Source of the DNA: Armatimonadota bacterium
GTDB lineage: Bacteria > Armatimonadota > UBA5829 > DTLH01
DNA: 51,482 nt
Direction: 5' to 3'
Assembly (NCBI GenBank): GCA_039679675.1
Contig: JBDKUN010000005.1
Coordinates: 1-51,482, forward strand
Position 1 is the first letter of the stretch. Every line of letters starts with the position of its first letter. The position numbers were made by a program, and so were the translations under genes. The notes beneath the pieces were generated by a model. The model worked only from the letters and a program-made list of their open reading frames with translations. It was not told the origin of the DNA and did not search any database. Shown here piece after piece: positions 29,745 through 39,995 of this stretch.

Positions 29745-32069
29745 ATGACAAAGCAGTTCAATGGGATAATCAATCTCGATATAAGAGACTCGAAACCTGA
29801 TTGGGCTCCTTTCGAGCCCCCCAAAGCCAAGGATGGGGCTCCAAATGTGCTATATGTAGTCTGGGATGACACGGGGATAGCCGCGTGGGACATTTTCGGC
29901 GGGATGATAGAGATGCCCAACATGAAGCGCATTTCCGACATGGGGCTCCGCTACACAAACTGGCACACCACGGCCCTTTGCTCCCCTACCCGATCATGTC
30001 TTTTGACCGGGCGAAACGCTCAAATGAACGGCATGGCGTGTATTGTGGAGGGCGCAACCGGATTTCCGGGCTCATGTGCCGTTATACCGCCAGAAAATGG
30101 TATGATCTCGGAGATTTTGGTGGAAAACGGCTACAGCACGTTCTGTCTGGGCAAATGGCACCTTACGCCGGATACGGAATCCAATATGGCCGGGCCGAAG
30201 AGAACATGGCCGAGCGGCAGGGGGTTTGATCGCTATTATGGGTTCCTGGGCGGTGAAACCAACCAGTGGTACCCTGATTTGACATACGACGACCACTTCG
30301 TAGACCAACCATACAAGCCTGAAGAGGGCTATCACTTTTCAAAAGACCTGATAGATAAAGCTCTGAAGTTCGTCCAGGATCAGAAGCAGGTTACACCGGA
30401 TAAGCCGTGGATGATGTACCTTGCCTTTGGAGCAAACCACGCCCCGCACCATGCACCGAAGGAGTGGGCAGACAAATACAAAGGCAAGTTCGATATGGGC
30501 TACGAAAAATACCGGGAAATCACATTCGAGAATATGAAGAAGATGGGGACTATCCCGCAGGATACGGATCTGTCGTCCATCAATCCGTGGCCCGCGCCGG
30601 ATGTCATCTCTGAAGCCGACCTCGTACTGCCGTGGGATTCTCTCTCTGATGATCAGAAGAAGCTGTTCTCACGAATGGCGGAGGTCTACGCCGGGTATTC
30701 CAGCTACACCGACCATGAACTCGGACGGCTGCTCGACTACCTGGAAGATTCAGGACAGTTGGAGAACACCATCATAGTAGCTGTGTCTGATAACGGCGCA
30801 AGCGGTGAGGGAAGCCCTAACGGTTCGGTCAATGAGAACAAATTCTTCAACAACTGGCCGGACGATCTTCAAGAAAACCTGAAAATGTTGGACGAACTTG
30901 GTAGTCCGAACACCTACAACCACTATCCCACAGGTTGGGCATGGGCGTTCAATGCTCCCTACAAGATGTTCAAGCGCTACGTATTGGAAGGAGGCATTGC
31001 AGACCCTTGTATCATCGCCTGGCCGAAGGAGATGAAGCGGGTTGCAGGGCAGGTTCGAGACCAATATCACCACGCGATAGATATAATGCCGACAATTCTC
31101 GATTGTCTGGGGATAGAGCCGCCGATGTTCATCAAGGGGTATGAGCAGTCTCCCATCCAGGGGACAAGTATGCGCTATACCTTCGATAACCCCAATGCTC
31201 CAACTACGAGACATACTCAATACTATGCAATGCTTGGTACCCGCGCCATATATCAGGACGGTTGGAAAGCAGTAGCGCGGCACGGAGCGCTTGCAAGTAC
31301 CAGCCACTTCATGGATGATAAGTGGGAATTGTATCACTACGAGAAGGACCGTTCCGAAACCCACAACCTGGCTGAAGAGTATCCCGACAGGTTGAAAGGA
31401 CTGATCGCAGCCTGGTTCGCCTACGCTGGCAGAAACAATGGCTTCCCGCTCGATGACAGAACGCCTATCGAGATGCTTAGTGATACACGCCCGGAAATTT
31501 CAAAACCCCGGAACAGCTACATCTACTATCCGAACACAAGCTCAGTTGCGGAGAGAGTGGGTCCGGACGTACGGAACCGTTCATATTCCGTCCTGGCAAA
31601 CGTTGAGATAGACACCTCCGAAGCGGAAGGAGTCCTCTTCTCTATGGGTTCCAGGTTCGGCGGCCATGCACTCTTTGTAAAGAGCGGCAGACTCTATTAC
31701 ATATACAACTTCCTCGGTATAGAGTCATACAAACTTGTATCCGACAGGCAAATCCCGACCGGTAAAGTTTTCCTGGGGATAGAGTTCTCTAAAGAGAATG
31801 AGAACCCGAAAGGTGTAGCGAACGGTATTGGCAAGCTCTATATTAATGATGACGTCGCTGCTGAAGGACAAATGAGGACCCAGCCGGGCGCATTCGGTTT
31901 AGCAGGAGGGCTTACTGTCGGCCGTAGCGGACCGGACCCAGTAAGTTCAGAATATGATTCGCCCTTTGGGTTCAAAGGAGGAACCATTAAGCGTGTAACT
32001 GTCAACCTGACAGGTGAGCATTACGTAGATGTTGAGGCTGAAGCCAAGGTAATGCTGGCCAGAGAATAA
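29745..32069 (+). CDS. Arylsulfatase (Cys-type, long form with C-terminal beta domain)
   Basis: APNVLYVVWDD, LCSPTRSCLLTG (CxPxR), GKWHL, HAPHH, SDNGAS; ATG 29745 after GGAGG. Confidence 0.93.
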   Translation: MTKQFNGIINLDIRDSKPDWAPFEPPKAKDGAPNVLYVVWDDTGIAAWDIFGGMIEMPNMKRISDMGLRYTNWHTTALCSPTRSCLLTGRNAQMNGMACIVEGATGFPGSCAVIPPENGMISEILVENGYSTFCLGKWHLTPDTESNMAGPKRTWPSGRGFDRYYGFLGGETNQWYPDLTYDDHFVDQPYKPEEGYHFSKDLIDKALKFVQDQKQVTPDKPWMMYLAFGANHAPHHAPKEWADKYKGKFDMGYEKYREITFENMKKMGTIPQDTDLSSINPWPAPDVISEADLVLPWDSLSDDQKKLFSRMAEVYAGYSSYTDHELGRLLDYLEDSGQLENTIIVAVSDNGASGEGSPNGSVNENKFFNNWPDDLQENLKMLDELGSPNTYNHYPTGWAWAFNAPYKMFKRYVLEGGIADPCIIAWPKEMKRVAGQVRDQYHHAIDIMPTILDCLGIEPPMFIKGYEQSPIQGTSMRYTFDNPNAPTTRHTQYYAMLGTRAIYQDGWKAVARHGALASTSHFMDDKWELYHYEKDRSETHNLAEEYPDRLKGLIAAWFAYAGRNNGFPLDDRTPIEMLSDTRPEISKPRNSYIYYPNTSSVAERVGPDVRNRSYSVLANVEIDTSEAEGVLFSMGSRFGGHALFVKSGRLYYIYNFLGIESYKLVSDRQIPTGKVFLGIEFSKENENPKGVANGIGKLYINDDVAAEGQMRTQPGAFGLAGGLTVGRSGPDPVSSEYDSPFGFKGGTIKRVTVNLTGEHYVDVEAEAKVMLARE

Positions 32070-32121
32070 ATCTCTGGAAGTATGCCCATCTCCCCCTTCT
32101 CTATATGTAAAGGAGGGGGAG

Positions 32122-32949
32122 ATGGATTCAATGCCATCAGAAAGGAGCACTTGGATGAGGCGATATTTTAGTTTCTGCGGCTATTTGATCTTCTTTACGG
32201 TTCTGGCAGCAGCATTCCTTCTCGGTCCTGCACAATCGTGCGCTGCGGACAACCCCAACAAGTGGCAATGGGAAGTCACTCCCTACTATTGGCCGGCAGA
32301 TATCAGTGGAGATGTAGGTGTGAGAGGTGTGACATTACCGGTTAATGTCGACTTCAGCGACATCAAAGACCATCTTGATACAGGTATTCTACTTAACACG
32401 ATAACTACCAGGCCGAACAATAACTGGGGATACATCTTCGATCTCTTTTATCTGAAGCTAAGTGGGGACAAAACTTTTCCCGCCGCTACGGTTAGCGCAG
32501 ATTCCAAGACATGGGTAGTAGAGTTCAGCGCTATGTACTCTCCCAAGACCGAAAGTGAGGTGAAGTCACTCCAGGCGGCAGGTAAGCGGATAGGCAGGTC
32601 TGCTTTCTATGGCGGGCTCAGATATGTGGCCTGGAAAAATGAGCTGGACCTGTCCACCGGGCAATCAGGGAGCGCCGATGAAGGCTGGGTGGAGCCTATG
32701 GTCGGCTATCTCACAGGAATACCATTGGCCGGCAAATTGAATGTCGTGCTGAGAGGTGATATCGGAGGTTTCGGAGTCGGGAAATCAGATTTTACCTGGG
32801 ACGGTTTTATCGACTTTCGCTATCAGTTTTCGAAGTCCAGATGGGTGAACGCAGGTTACCGATGGCTCGGCATCGACACGCTGGATAACGGTGAAGGAGG
32901 CGACCTCACTTTCAAAGGACCGCTAATCGGCATAACCAGCAAGTTTTAG
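32122..32949 (+). CDS. Probable outer-membrane beta-barrel protein
   Basis: Signal peptide, alternating hydrophobic strands, RGDIGGFGVG, terminal Phe; start may be 32155. Confidence 0.7.
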   Translation: MDSMPSERSTWMRRYFSFCGYLIFFTVLAAAFLLGPAQSCAADNPNKWQWEVTPYYWPADISGDVGVRGVTLPVNVDFSDIKDHLDTGILLNTITTRPNNNWGYIFDLFYLKLSGDKTFPAATVSADSKTWVVEFSAMYSPKTESEVKSLQAAGKRIGRSAFYGGLRYVAWKNELDLSTGQSGSADEGWVEPMVGYLTGIPLAGKLNVVLRGDIGGFGVGKSDFTWDGFIDFRYQFSKSRWVNAGYRWLGIDTLDNGEGGDLTFKGPLIGITSKF

Positions 32950-32970
32950 TGCAGTCCTCTGGAGCATATC

Positions 32971-33396
32971 ATGGATAACGATCAGGACAATAACCAATCG
33001 ACTGGCGCATCGTCACAAGTAGTGGATGAAAAGACGGACCTGGCCAGGGAACGCACAATAATCGCCGAGGAGCGGACCCTGATGGCTTGGATGCGGACCT
33101 CCGTTTCATTGATCGGGTTCGGATTTACTCTGGCTAAGTTCTTTCAATACCTGGGGAGAATCGAAGTGTTAGGCAAAGTCCGTGCTCAGGCTCCGAGGAA
33201 CCTTGGCCTCACGCTTGTTGCGCTGGGAACGCTTTCGCTCATTGCCGCAGCCATACAGCACAGGTTGTATCTAAACGAGATGGGAGTGAAAAAAGGCAGG
33301 CATCTGTGGTCGTTGGCCTTCATTGTCTCGATATTAGTTATACTTATCGGGGTATTGGCGTTTGTCGGCATGTTTCTAGGTGAAGGTCCTTACTAG
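32971..33396 (+). CDS. DUF202 (YidH-like) membrane protein
   Basis: ERTLMAWMRTSVSLIGFGF signature plus three TM segments. Confidence 0.88.
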   Translation: MDNDQDNNQSTGASSQVVDEKTDLARERTIIAEERTLMAWMRTSVSLIGFGFTLAKFFQYLGRIEVLGKVRAQAPRNLGLTLVALGTLSLIAAAIQHRLYLNEMGVKKGRHLWSLAFIVSILVILIGVLAFVGMFLGEGPY

Positions 33397-33420
33397 AACA
33401 TAATCCTGAAGCTGTGCACA

Positions 33421-35115
33421 GTGATGACAATACGAAAGGTACAGTTAACGAGTCTTATACCGGGGCTCGCCTGGATTCGCATTTATGAACGGGCTTCTTT
33501 CAAGTATGATCTGGTAGCGGGGCTTTCCGTTGCCGCCGTTGCTCTTCCAACCGGTATCGCTTATGCTCCTCTTGTCGGTGTACCGCCTGTCTACGGCATA
33601 TACGCAAGCATCCTTTCACTTGTCGCATACGCGCTGTTCGGTTCTTCCCGCCAACTTATTGTAGGCCCTGATGCGGCCACGGCCGTCCTGGTCGGAGCGG
33701 CACTCGTAGATATTGCAGGAGGAGACACATCCAAATATGTAGGACTCGCAGCAACTCTGACACTTATGACGGGTCTGATATGCGTTATTGCGGGCGTAAT
33801 CAGGCTGGGGTTTGTGGCAAATTTTCTTGCTAGGCCGATTTTGATGGGATTTATGAATGGGGTGGGATTAAGCATCATAGCCGGGCAACTGAGCAAACTT
33901 TTCGGCTATTCGGTACCTTCCACGGGATTCTTTCGGACGGTATTTTATTTCTTCTCGAAAATAGGGCAGACCAACGCAGTGACGCTCATTGTCGGTGTGT
34001 CTGCGTTGGCCCTGCTCATGTCTCTGAGACGAAAATCACGCAGAATTCCAGCCCCACTCATTGCAGTAATTGCCGGAATCATCGCAGTAACCCTTTTCAA
34101 TCTCAAGAAATACGGTGTAGCCACTGCAGGAACTGTTCCGGCAGGACTTCCGCCGATTACGGTCCCCTACCCTGGATCAAGCGACCTCGGAGCGCTGATA
34201 CTGAGCGCGCTTGGCATTGCGATTGTGGGTTTCAGTAGCGGAATGGTGACAGCCAGAGGTTTCGCCTCGAAAAATGGTTATGACCTGGATGCAAATCAGG
34301 AATTCATCGGTCTGGGAGTCGCAAATATCGCCGCCGGAATCTCTCAGGGGTTCGCCGTAAGTGGCACTGATTCCCGAACAGCCATCAGCGATTCTACCGG
34401 CGGAAAAACACAGATGACGGGTATCATCGCTGCCGCCGTCATGCTGATTGCGCTTCTTATTTTCACTGCGCCGCTCAGCTATCTGCCGGTAGCCGTTATC
34501 GGGGCGGTACTTATCTCCGCGGCAGTCGGGCTGTTCAATTTCCCGTATATGAAATACCTGTGGAGTGTAAGCAAACCGGATTTTCTTCTCGCAGTCGTTA
34601 CTTCGCTCGGTGTTATCACAGTCGGTGTGCTTCCAGGAATAATTGTCGCCGTAAGCCTGGCGATGCTCCAGATACTCAAGCGGTCTTCGCGGCCACCTGA
34701 TGCCATACTTGGAGAAATACCAGGCCAGGAAGGCTATTTCGATGTGGCGAAGTATCCTGAAGCGGTACAAATACCGGGGCTGGTCATATACAGAATCGAT
34801 TCGGCGATACTTTTCTTCAATGCCGATTATCTGCAGATGAGGGCAAGGGAAATCACTTCTGATGCTATGCCGGAATGGTTCATTCTTGACGCTGAGTCTA
34901 TCCCTGTAATGGATACAACTGCCGTAGACCATCTGGATAAGGCATTGACCGAACTCAAGAAGGGAAATATCACTTTCATACTGGCCCGGCCTAATGAGCA
35001 GGTGCGTGACATGCTTGACAGGACCGGCCTGACGGAGAAAATCGGTGAAGGTCACATTTTCAGGAGTGTCCGGTCTGCTGTAGATACATACAGAAATCGA
35101 AATAAGAGAGTATGA
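33421..35115 (+). CDS. sulP: SulP-family anion transporter with STAS domain
   Basis: DLVAGLSV...P.GIAYA, YALFGSSRQLIVGP, DANQE, STAS (FFNA...DTTAV). Confidence 0.93.
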   Translation: MMTIRKVQLTSLIPGLAWIRIYERASFKYDLVAGLSVAAVALPTGIAYAPLVGVPPVYGIYASILSLVAYALFGSSRQLIVGPDAATAVLVGAALVDIAGGDTSKYVGLAATLTLMTGLICVIAGVIRLGFVANFLARPILMGFMNGVGLSIIAGQLSKLFGYSVPSTGFFRTVFYFFSKIGQTNAVTLIVGVSALALLMSLRRKSRRIPAPLIAVIAGIIAVTLFNLKKYGVATAGTVPAGLPPITVPYPGSSDLGALILSALGIAIVGFSSGMVTARGFASKNGYDLDANQEFIGLGVANIAAGISQGFAVSGTDSRTAISDSTGGKTQMTGIIAAAVMLIALLIFTAPLSYLPVAVIGAVLISAAVGLFNFPYMKYLWSVSKPDFLLAVVTSLGVITVGVLPGIIVAVSLAMLQILKRSSRPPDAILGEIPGQEGYFDVAKYPEAVQIPGLVIYRIDSAILFFNADYLQMRAREITSDAMPEWFILDAESIPVMDTTAVDHLDKALTELKKGNITFILARPNEQVRDMLDRTGLTEKIGEGHIFRSVRSAVDTYRNRNKRV

Positions 35116-35411
35116 CTCGATGCCAGCAAAATATTTCTATATTATTCCATCAACATGAAGGATATCTGTCAGGATAAACATAAGCTATTATATAGTATGA
35201 AACTTGCAATTTGACCATCACAAATACCCGGCACTATATACTCCGCTAGAGTATTACAGCTCTTGATTATCTTTATCGAATGAGCTGTAAGCTAGCTGCA
35301 TCAATTTTTCGCAACCCACTGTGACTTCTTATCGGTTAAAAGCGTCCGTTATATGCGGCTGCGGCATTTCCGGTAGAGAATTTCCCGTTAAGCAACAATA
35401 AAGGAATACTA

Positions 35412-36854
35412 ATGGCAACAAAAGCATTGAAGAAGGATAACTTTGTACATTCACCCGGCAGTATAAGAGAACTGCTGGTTATAGCGCTCCCAATGATGGC
35501 ATCGAGTGTCTGTGAAACAGTAATGACGTTTACTGATAGGCTGTTTCTTTCGAAGCTTGGGTCCGCGCAGATGAATGCAGCGCTCTGCGGTGGATTGACG
35601 AGCTTTTTACTGAAAACTTTTTTCCTTGGACTGATCGGTTACGGCACCGCTTTGGTAGCGCAGTTTCTCGGTTCAGGAAAGAAGAAAAATTGCTCTGTGG
35701 TCGTAACGCAGACAGCGATAATTGCTGTAATTGCATATCCGATAGTACTCTTGGCTGCTCCACTGGCAAGAGCATTTTTTAGCGCGTCAGGAATTGCACC
35801 AGAGCAACTCGTCCCGCAGACTCTTTTCTTCAATATTCTGATATATGCATCGATCATTGGATTATTACAACAGGTGTTTGGCTGCTTTTTTTCTGGTATA
35901 GGCAGGACCCGGATAGTCATGATTGCCTCCGTGGTTGCAATGACAGTAAACGTAGGAGTCAACTATGTGCTTGTTCTGGGCCATTTCGGAGTCCATTCCC
36001 TGGGCATTCGCGGATCAGCTTATGGAACGATTACCGGAGGCATATGCAGCCTTTTGATCCTGGCTGCAGCTTACTTCTTTGGTGGAACGCATAAAGAATA
36101 CGGCGTTAAGGATTCGTTCAAGCTGGACTTTGACGTTATGCGAAAACTGCTGAAGTTCGGCTATCCGGCAGGACTGGAGTTTTTCCTGAACCTGGCTGCA
36201 TTCAACGGAATGGTGATGCTTTTCGACGCTCAGGGGCAGTTGGTAGCTACAGCAGCCACCGTAACATTCAACTGGGATATGGTTGCTTTTATTCCCCTAG
36301 TCGGGATTGAGATTGCAGTAACAAGCCTGGTAGGCCGTTACATGGGGGCGAGACAGCCGGATACGGCGCATGTTTCGGCAATGTCCGGCATAAAGGTCGG
36401 CTCGATATATTCCATCGCTATGCTGATTATGTTCCTGGCGGTTCCAAATACGCTGGTAAATATATTCAGACCGGAGGTCAATGATACAATCTTCACTCAG
36501 GCAATGCCGCTGACGCTTTTTATGGTGCGACTGGTAGCGGTCTACGTGCTCTCCGAAGCTGTGATGGTCGCGTTTACCGGAGCGCTTCGCGGCGCAGGTG
36601 ATACATTCTGGGCGATGAGCATATCAGTGACTCTTCACTGGCTTATGGTTGGCGTACTCTTTGTAATGTTCAAAAAGATGCATACATCTGCAGAATTAGC
36701 CTGGGTGGCTCTGGTCACCTGGATGCTGCTCTTCACCTTCGTGTTCTACCTTCGATACAGGAGTGGCAAGTGGCGTGAGATTAAACTTATACATGACCCT
36801 GGGACGGATATGGTTCCGGTCCATGAGGGATTTCACGAGCAGGCAGACCTGTAA
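35412..36854 (+). CDS. MATE-family efflux transporter
   Basis: DRLFLSKLG, VAQFLG, GIGRT, LGIRGSA, LVGRYMGA, ALRGAGDT. Confidence 0.92.
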   Translation: MATKALKKDNFVHSPGSIRELLVIALPMMASSVCETVMTFTDRLFLSKLGSAQMNAALCGGLTSFLLKTFFLGLIGYGTALVAQFLGSGKKKNCSVVVTQTAIIAVIAYPIVLLAAPLARAFFSASGIAPEQLVPQTLFFNILIYASIIGLLQQVFGCFFSGIGRTRIVMIASVVAMTVNVGVNYVLVLGHFGVHSLGIRGSAYGTITGGICSLLILAAAYFFGGTHKEYGVKDSFKLDFDVMRKLLKFGYPAGLEFFLNLAAFNGMVMLFDAQGQLVATAATVTFNWDMVAFIPLVGIEIAVTSLVGRYMGARQPDTAHVSAMSGIKVGSIYSIAMLIMFLAVPNTLVNIFRPEVNDTIFTQAMPLTLFMVRLVAVYVLSEAVMVAFTGALRGAGDTFWAMSISVTLHWLMVGVLFVMFKKMHTSAELAWVALVTWMLLFTFVFYLRYRSGKWREIKLIHDPGTDMVPVHEGFHEQADL

Positions 36855-36888
36855 CCAAGCAACAGCCGCTCATGTTGCAGAAATACAA

Positions 36889-36925
36889 TTATGTCCTCCT
36901 GAGCCATAGGATCAGGAGGACATAT
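36889..36925. terminator. Terminator hairpin between convergent genes
   Basis: TATGTCCTCCTGA/TCAGGAGGACATA. Confidence 0.7.
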
Positions 36926-36955
36926 CCGTAAATTTGTCATTTCGTAAGGAATGCA

Positions 36956-38458
36956 TCAGTAGTTTGATCTCGTCAATGCAGTATCGTCGGATGAGCCGCC
37001 TTCAGCATCGTTGGCTGCCTGTTTTTTGTACACCCGTGTGTATTTTCCTGCCCAGTCCATGTCGGTCAATTCGGCCATTCTGCGTCCATAGTCAATCATT
37101 CCCTGGTGGTAGCCACTATCTGTAATAGCCTGTCCCGCTTCGGGATTGATCGGCACGGCTCCGCTCGCCTTGGCAACTTCCGAAAAGACATCGAAGTGAT
37201 CGCGGATAGCGCATGGACACAGCCAGTTGCCGGTGTCCTTGGCGGGTTTCCCATAGCCGTATTCTTCCTGCCATTCCCTTATCCGGCGGAAGAACGGCAG
37301 GTCTATCACGTCATCAAGATTGCCGCCTTCAGCGTATAGCGTATTGATGTTTCCACCGGCATAGGGAGTGAATACGCACGGCATAATATCTCCGTCCCAG
37401 TTGATATGGAAATAGCCGCCTTCTCGCGCAGCCGATATACAGCCCTGAGTCACGGTACCGCTGTTCCAGAAGTCGACCATCAATATCTTCCGCTCCCGGA
37501 CCAGATGCCACATCCTGCGGGACATCTCCACGCGCTCCTCCGGCGGCACAATCAGATCCAGCGTTTGTCCCCTGCCCATCGGCATATACTGGAATATCCA
37601 GCCGTAGAGCGCTCCCTGATCCATATAGTAGAAATCGATAAATTCGTCGCTGGTAATCGTCGCCCAGTTGTGCCTCGTAGCTGTGGCGGAGACGCCAAAG
37701 GGCACTCCATGTCTTCTGAGCGCATCGAATGCCTTCAGTATTCTCTGGTAGACGCCTTCTCCACGTCTTGCATCGGTCTCTGTCTCAAAACCTTCAACTG
37801 AAATGGCTGGAGAAATATTACCGGCCTCCGCAAGCCTGGCAGCGAACTCGTCATCGATCAGTGTACCATTGGTATAGACCATAAAAATGTCCATCGGGTG
37901 TCTACGTGCGAGCTTCACCAGGTCCCATTCGCCGTCCTTCCACATAAAAGGCTCGCCGCCTGAGATAACGGTCCAGTGAGAGCCCCACATCTCCCGTTTC
38001 TCGCGCAGTATCCGGTCGAATACCTCGAATGAAAGCTGCCGTCCCTGAAGCGCCGCGTCCGCCGCATAACAGCCCTTGCACCTGAGGTTGCATTTGCCGG
38101 TCGGGCTGATGACAATGAATGCAGGAGGCGATACTCCTCCATGTCTCCTCTCTATCTCCCTAACATCCTCATTCAAGACAACGTTACCCAGGAAGGAGTG
38201 CACGACCTGTTTCATCACTGACTTGGAGACTATACCGCGAAGGAATATTCGGTCGAATCCGTCGAGCAGGCCCGAAAGGCAGTCCAGCCTGTCAATCTTG
38301 GCTTGTACAGGCATATCATCTGGGCGGTAAGTCTCACTCTCTCTGCTGAGTTGTCGCTTTACCAACTTAAGCAGGAGTTTGCGCGAATGTCTGTTCTCAA
38401 GCGTACCACACAGTACGCTGTTCAGGTGTTGATTAACCAGTAATGGTCTGATATTCAT
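36956..38458 (-). CDS. Radical SAM protein with SPASM/twitch-like C-terminus, function unknown
   Basis: CNLRCKGC, SGGEP, YTNGT, GCISA...INWDGDIMPCVF, CPCAIRDH. Confidence 0.88.
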   Translation of the reverse strand: MNIRPLLVNQHLNSVLCGTLENRHSRKLLLKLVKRQLSRESETYRPDDMPVQAKIDRLDCLSGLLDGFDRIFLRGIVSKSVMKQVVHSFLGNVVLNEDVREIERRHGGVSPPAFIVISPTGKCNLRCKGCYAADAALQGRQLSFEVFDRILREKREMWGSHWTVISGGEPFMWKDGEWDLVKLARRHPMDIFMVYTNGTLIDDEFAARLAEAGNISPAISVEGFETETDARRGEGVYQRILKAFDALRRHGVPFGVSATATRHNWATITSDEFIDFYYMDQGALYGWIFQYMPMGRGQTLDLIVPPEERVEMSRRMWHLVRERKILMVDFWNSGTVTQGCISAAREGGYFHINWDGDIMPCVFTPYAGGNINTLYAEGGNLDDVIDLPFFRRIREWQEEYGYGKPAKDTGNWLCPCAIRDHFDVFSEVAKASGAVPINPEAGQAITDSGYHQGMIDYGRRMAELTDMDWAGKYTRVYKKQAANDAEGGSSDDTALTRSNY

Positions 38459-38666
38459 GGGTCACTCCCTGTCCGCCATCGCTTGATTTCCTCGTCAGAG
38501 GTGCGATGGGTTAGTGATGTTGGCCTCAGAGTTCTGTGAGTATCCATGGCTGAACATATTTACCCGAATGAGAGTATATATTAAAACTCTAGTATATTTC
38601 TCAAAGTATCATTGCTTATTATTTACAGGGTTATGGCAGTTGATATAGCGAGCAAGCAATATCATT

Positions 38667-39014
38667 TCAATCAAATCTCTCTAAATACTCCTTCAGGACA
38701 ACAGCGGCGTTGTGCTCTGTATCCCTTGCTGCGTAGATGAGTGAGACATTTCCTTTTTGAGTGAGTTTTCTCAATATTTCAACAGCATCCTTATTTTCAT
38801 CCAGTTCATCTTTATAGAGTTTACGAAATTCCTTCCATTTCGCCGGATCATGCCCGAACCATGTTCTAAGCTCCGTACTTGGTGCTATTTCTTTCAGCCA
38901 AAGGTCGAGAGCAGCTCTTTGTTTGCTGATTCCCCTCGGCCAGAGCCGTTCCACAAGCACTCGGTAGCCATCATTCGGGTCTGGTTGCTCATAGATTCGT
39001 TTTGTTTTAACCAT
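38667..39014 (-). CDS. DUF488 (YeaO-like) protein
   Basis: KRIYE....DGYRVLVERLWPRG.SK, WLKEIAPS.ELR.WF.HDP, HNAAVVL. Confidence 0.92.
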   Translation of the reverse strand: MVKTKRIYEQPDPNDGYRVLVERLWPRGISKQRAALDLWLKEIAPSTELRTWFGHDPAKWKEFRKLYKDELDENKDAVEILRKLTQKGNVSLIYAARDTEHNAAVVLKEYLERFD

Positions 39015-39055
39015 ATACATCTCCCCAATTCAGCTTCGAGGTAAGTTTACCCACT

Positions 39056-39081
39056 GTTTTGCGGACAGCCAACCTGGGTAA
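39056..39081 (+). promoter_or_regulatory. Candidate SigB/SigF-type promoter GTTT-N16-GGGTAA
   Basis: 50 nt upstream of the deacetylase at 39132; overlaps a weaker divergent copy (GTTG-N17-GGGTAA, 39047-39073) facing the DUF488 gene. Confidence 0.55.
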
Positions 39082-39131
39082 CACAATAATATACGGATCA
39101 GCCTGTAAGTATATATGATGGGTATCAAACA

Positions 39132-39995
39132 ATGAAACTATTAGCGAGAAACCTTACAAACAAACAAAAAACTACCATTGGAATTGCGCTTATCATTCTG
39201 CTTTCTGTCGTATACGCACTTATTGTTCGTAGCACGACCCCACGAGTAACGCATCATGTCAGGATGGTGTATCGCAAAAAGCTCCAAAAGGCTGATAGGT
39301 ATTGGAAGAGAGCTAAAGAGGTAGATTACAAGAGTGTACCGGAACTGCTGGCGCAGCACAAAGCCGAACTGGAACGGGGAGTGCGCCACGATATATTGAT
39401 GCGTGGCCCCGTATCACAAAGGCAGGTCGCTTTGACATTCGATGACGGCCCGCACCCTCTATTTACGAAAAGGATTCTTACAATTCTGGATGAGTATAAC
39501 GTGAAGGCAACTTTCTTCCTGGTTGGCGAGATGGCAGAGCGCTATCCTGCTCTGGTTAGGGCAGAAGTAGCGGATGGGCATAGCATTGGCAATCATACTT
39601 ACCACCATGTCAATGTAACTAAAATTCCGACTGGCTACATAGCTACCGAAATCGGAGCCTGCGACGAAGTCCTGGAGAGCATTACGGGAAAGTCGGTGCA
39701 TCTTTTCCGTCCGCCGGGAGGAGACTATAATGATAATGTAGCAGAAGTATGTGAGGCACTGAATCACACAATGGTATTGTGGACGGATGATCCCGGAGAT
39801 TATGCCGACCCTGGAGTCGGCGTAATAGACCAGCGTGTTTTGGAGACAGTTAGTAACGGCGGCATAATTTTGATCCATGATGGGGTTCAGCAGACGATAG
39901 ATACACTACCGTATATCCTGCAGGTGCTAAAAGATAGAGGATACCAGTTCGTTACGATAGACGAAATGCTGAAGGAACAAGGTGATAAGCATTGA
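39132..39995 (+). CDS. Polysaccharide deacetylase (CE4/NodB), membrane-anchored
   Basis: LTFDDGP, GNHTYHH, FRPPGG, LIHDG; N-terminal TM. Confidence 0.92.
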   Translation: MKLLARNLTNKQKTTIGIALIILLSVVYALIVRSTTPRVTHHVRMVYRKKLQKADRYWKRAKEVDYKSVPELLAQHKAELERGVRHDILMRGPVSQRQVALTFDDGPHPLFTKRILTILDEYNVKATFFLVGEMAERYPALVRAEVADGHSIGNHTYHHVNVTKIPTGYIATEIGACDEVLESITGKSVHLFRPPGGDYNDNVAEVCEALNHTMVLWTDDPGDYADPGVGVIDQRVLETVSNGGIILIHDGVQQTIDTLPYILQVLKDRGYQFVTIDEMLKEQGDKH

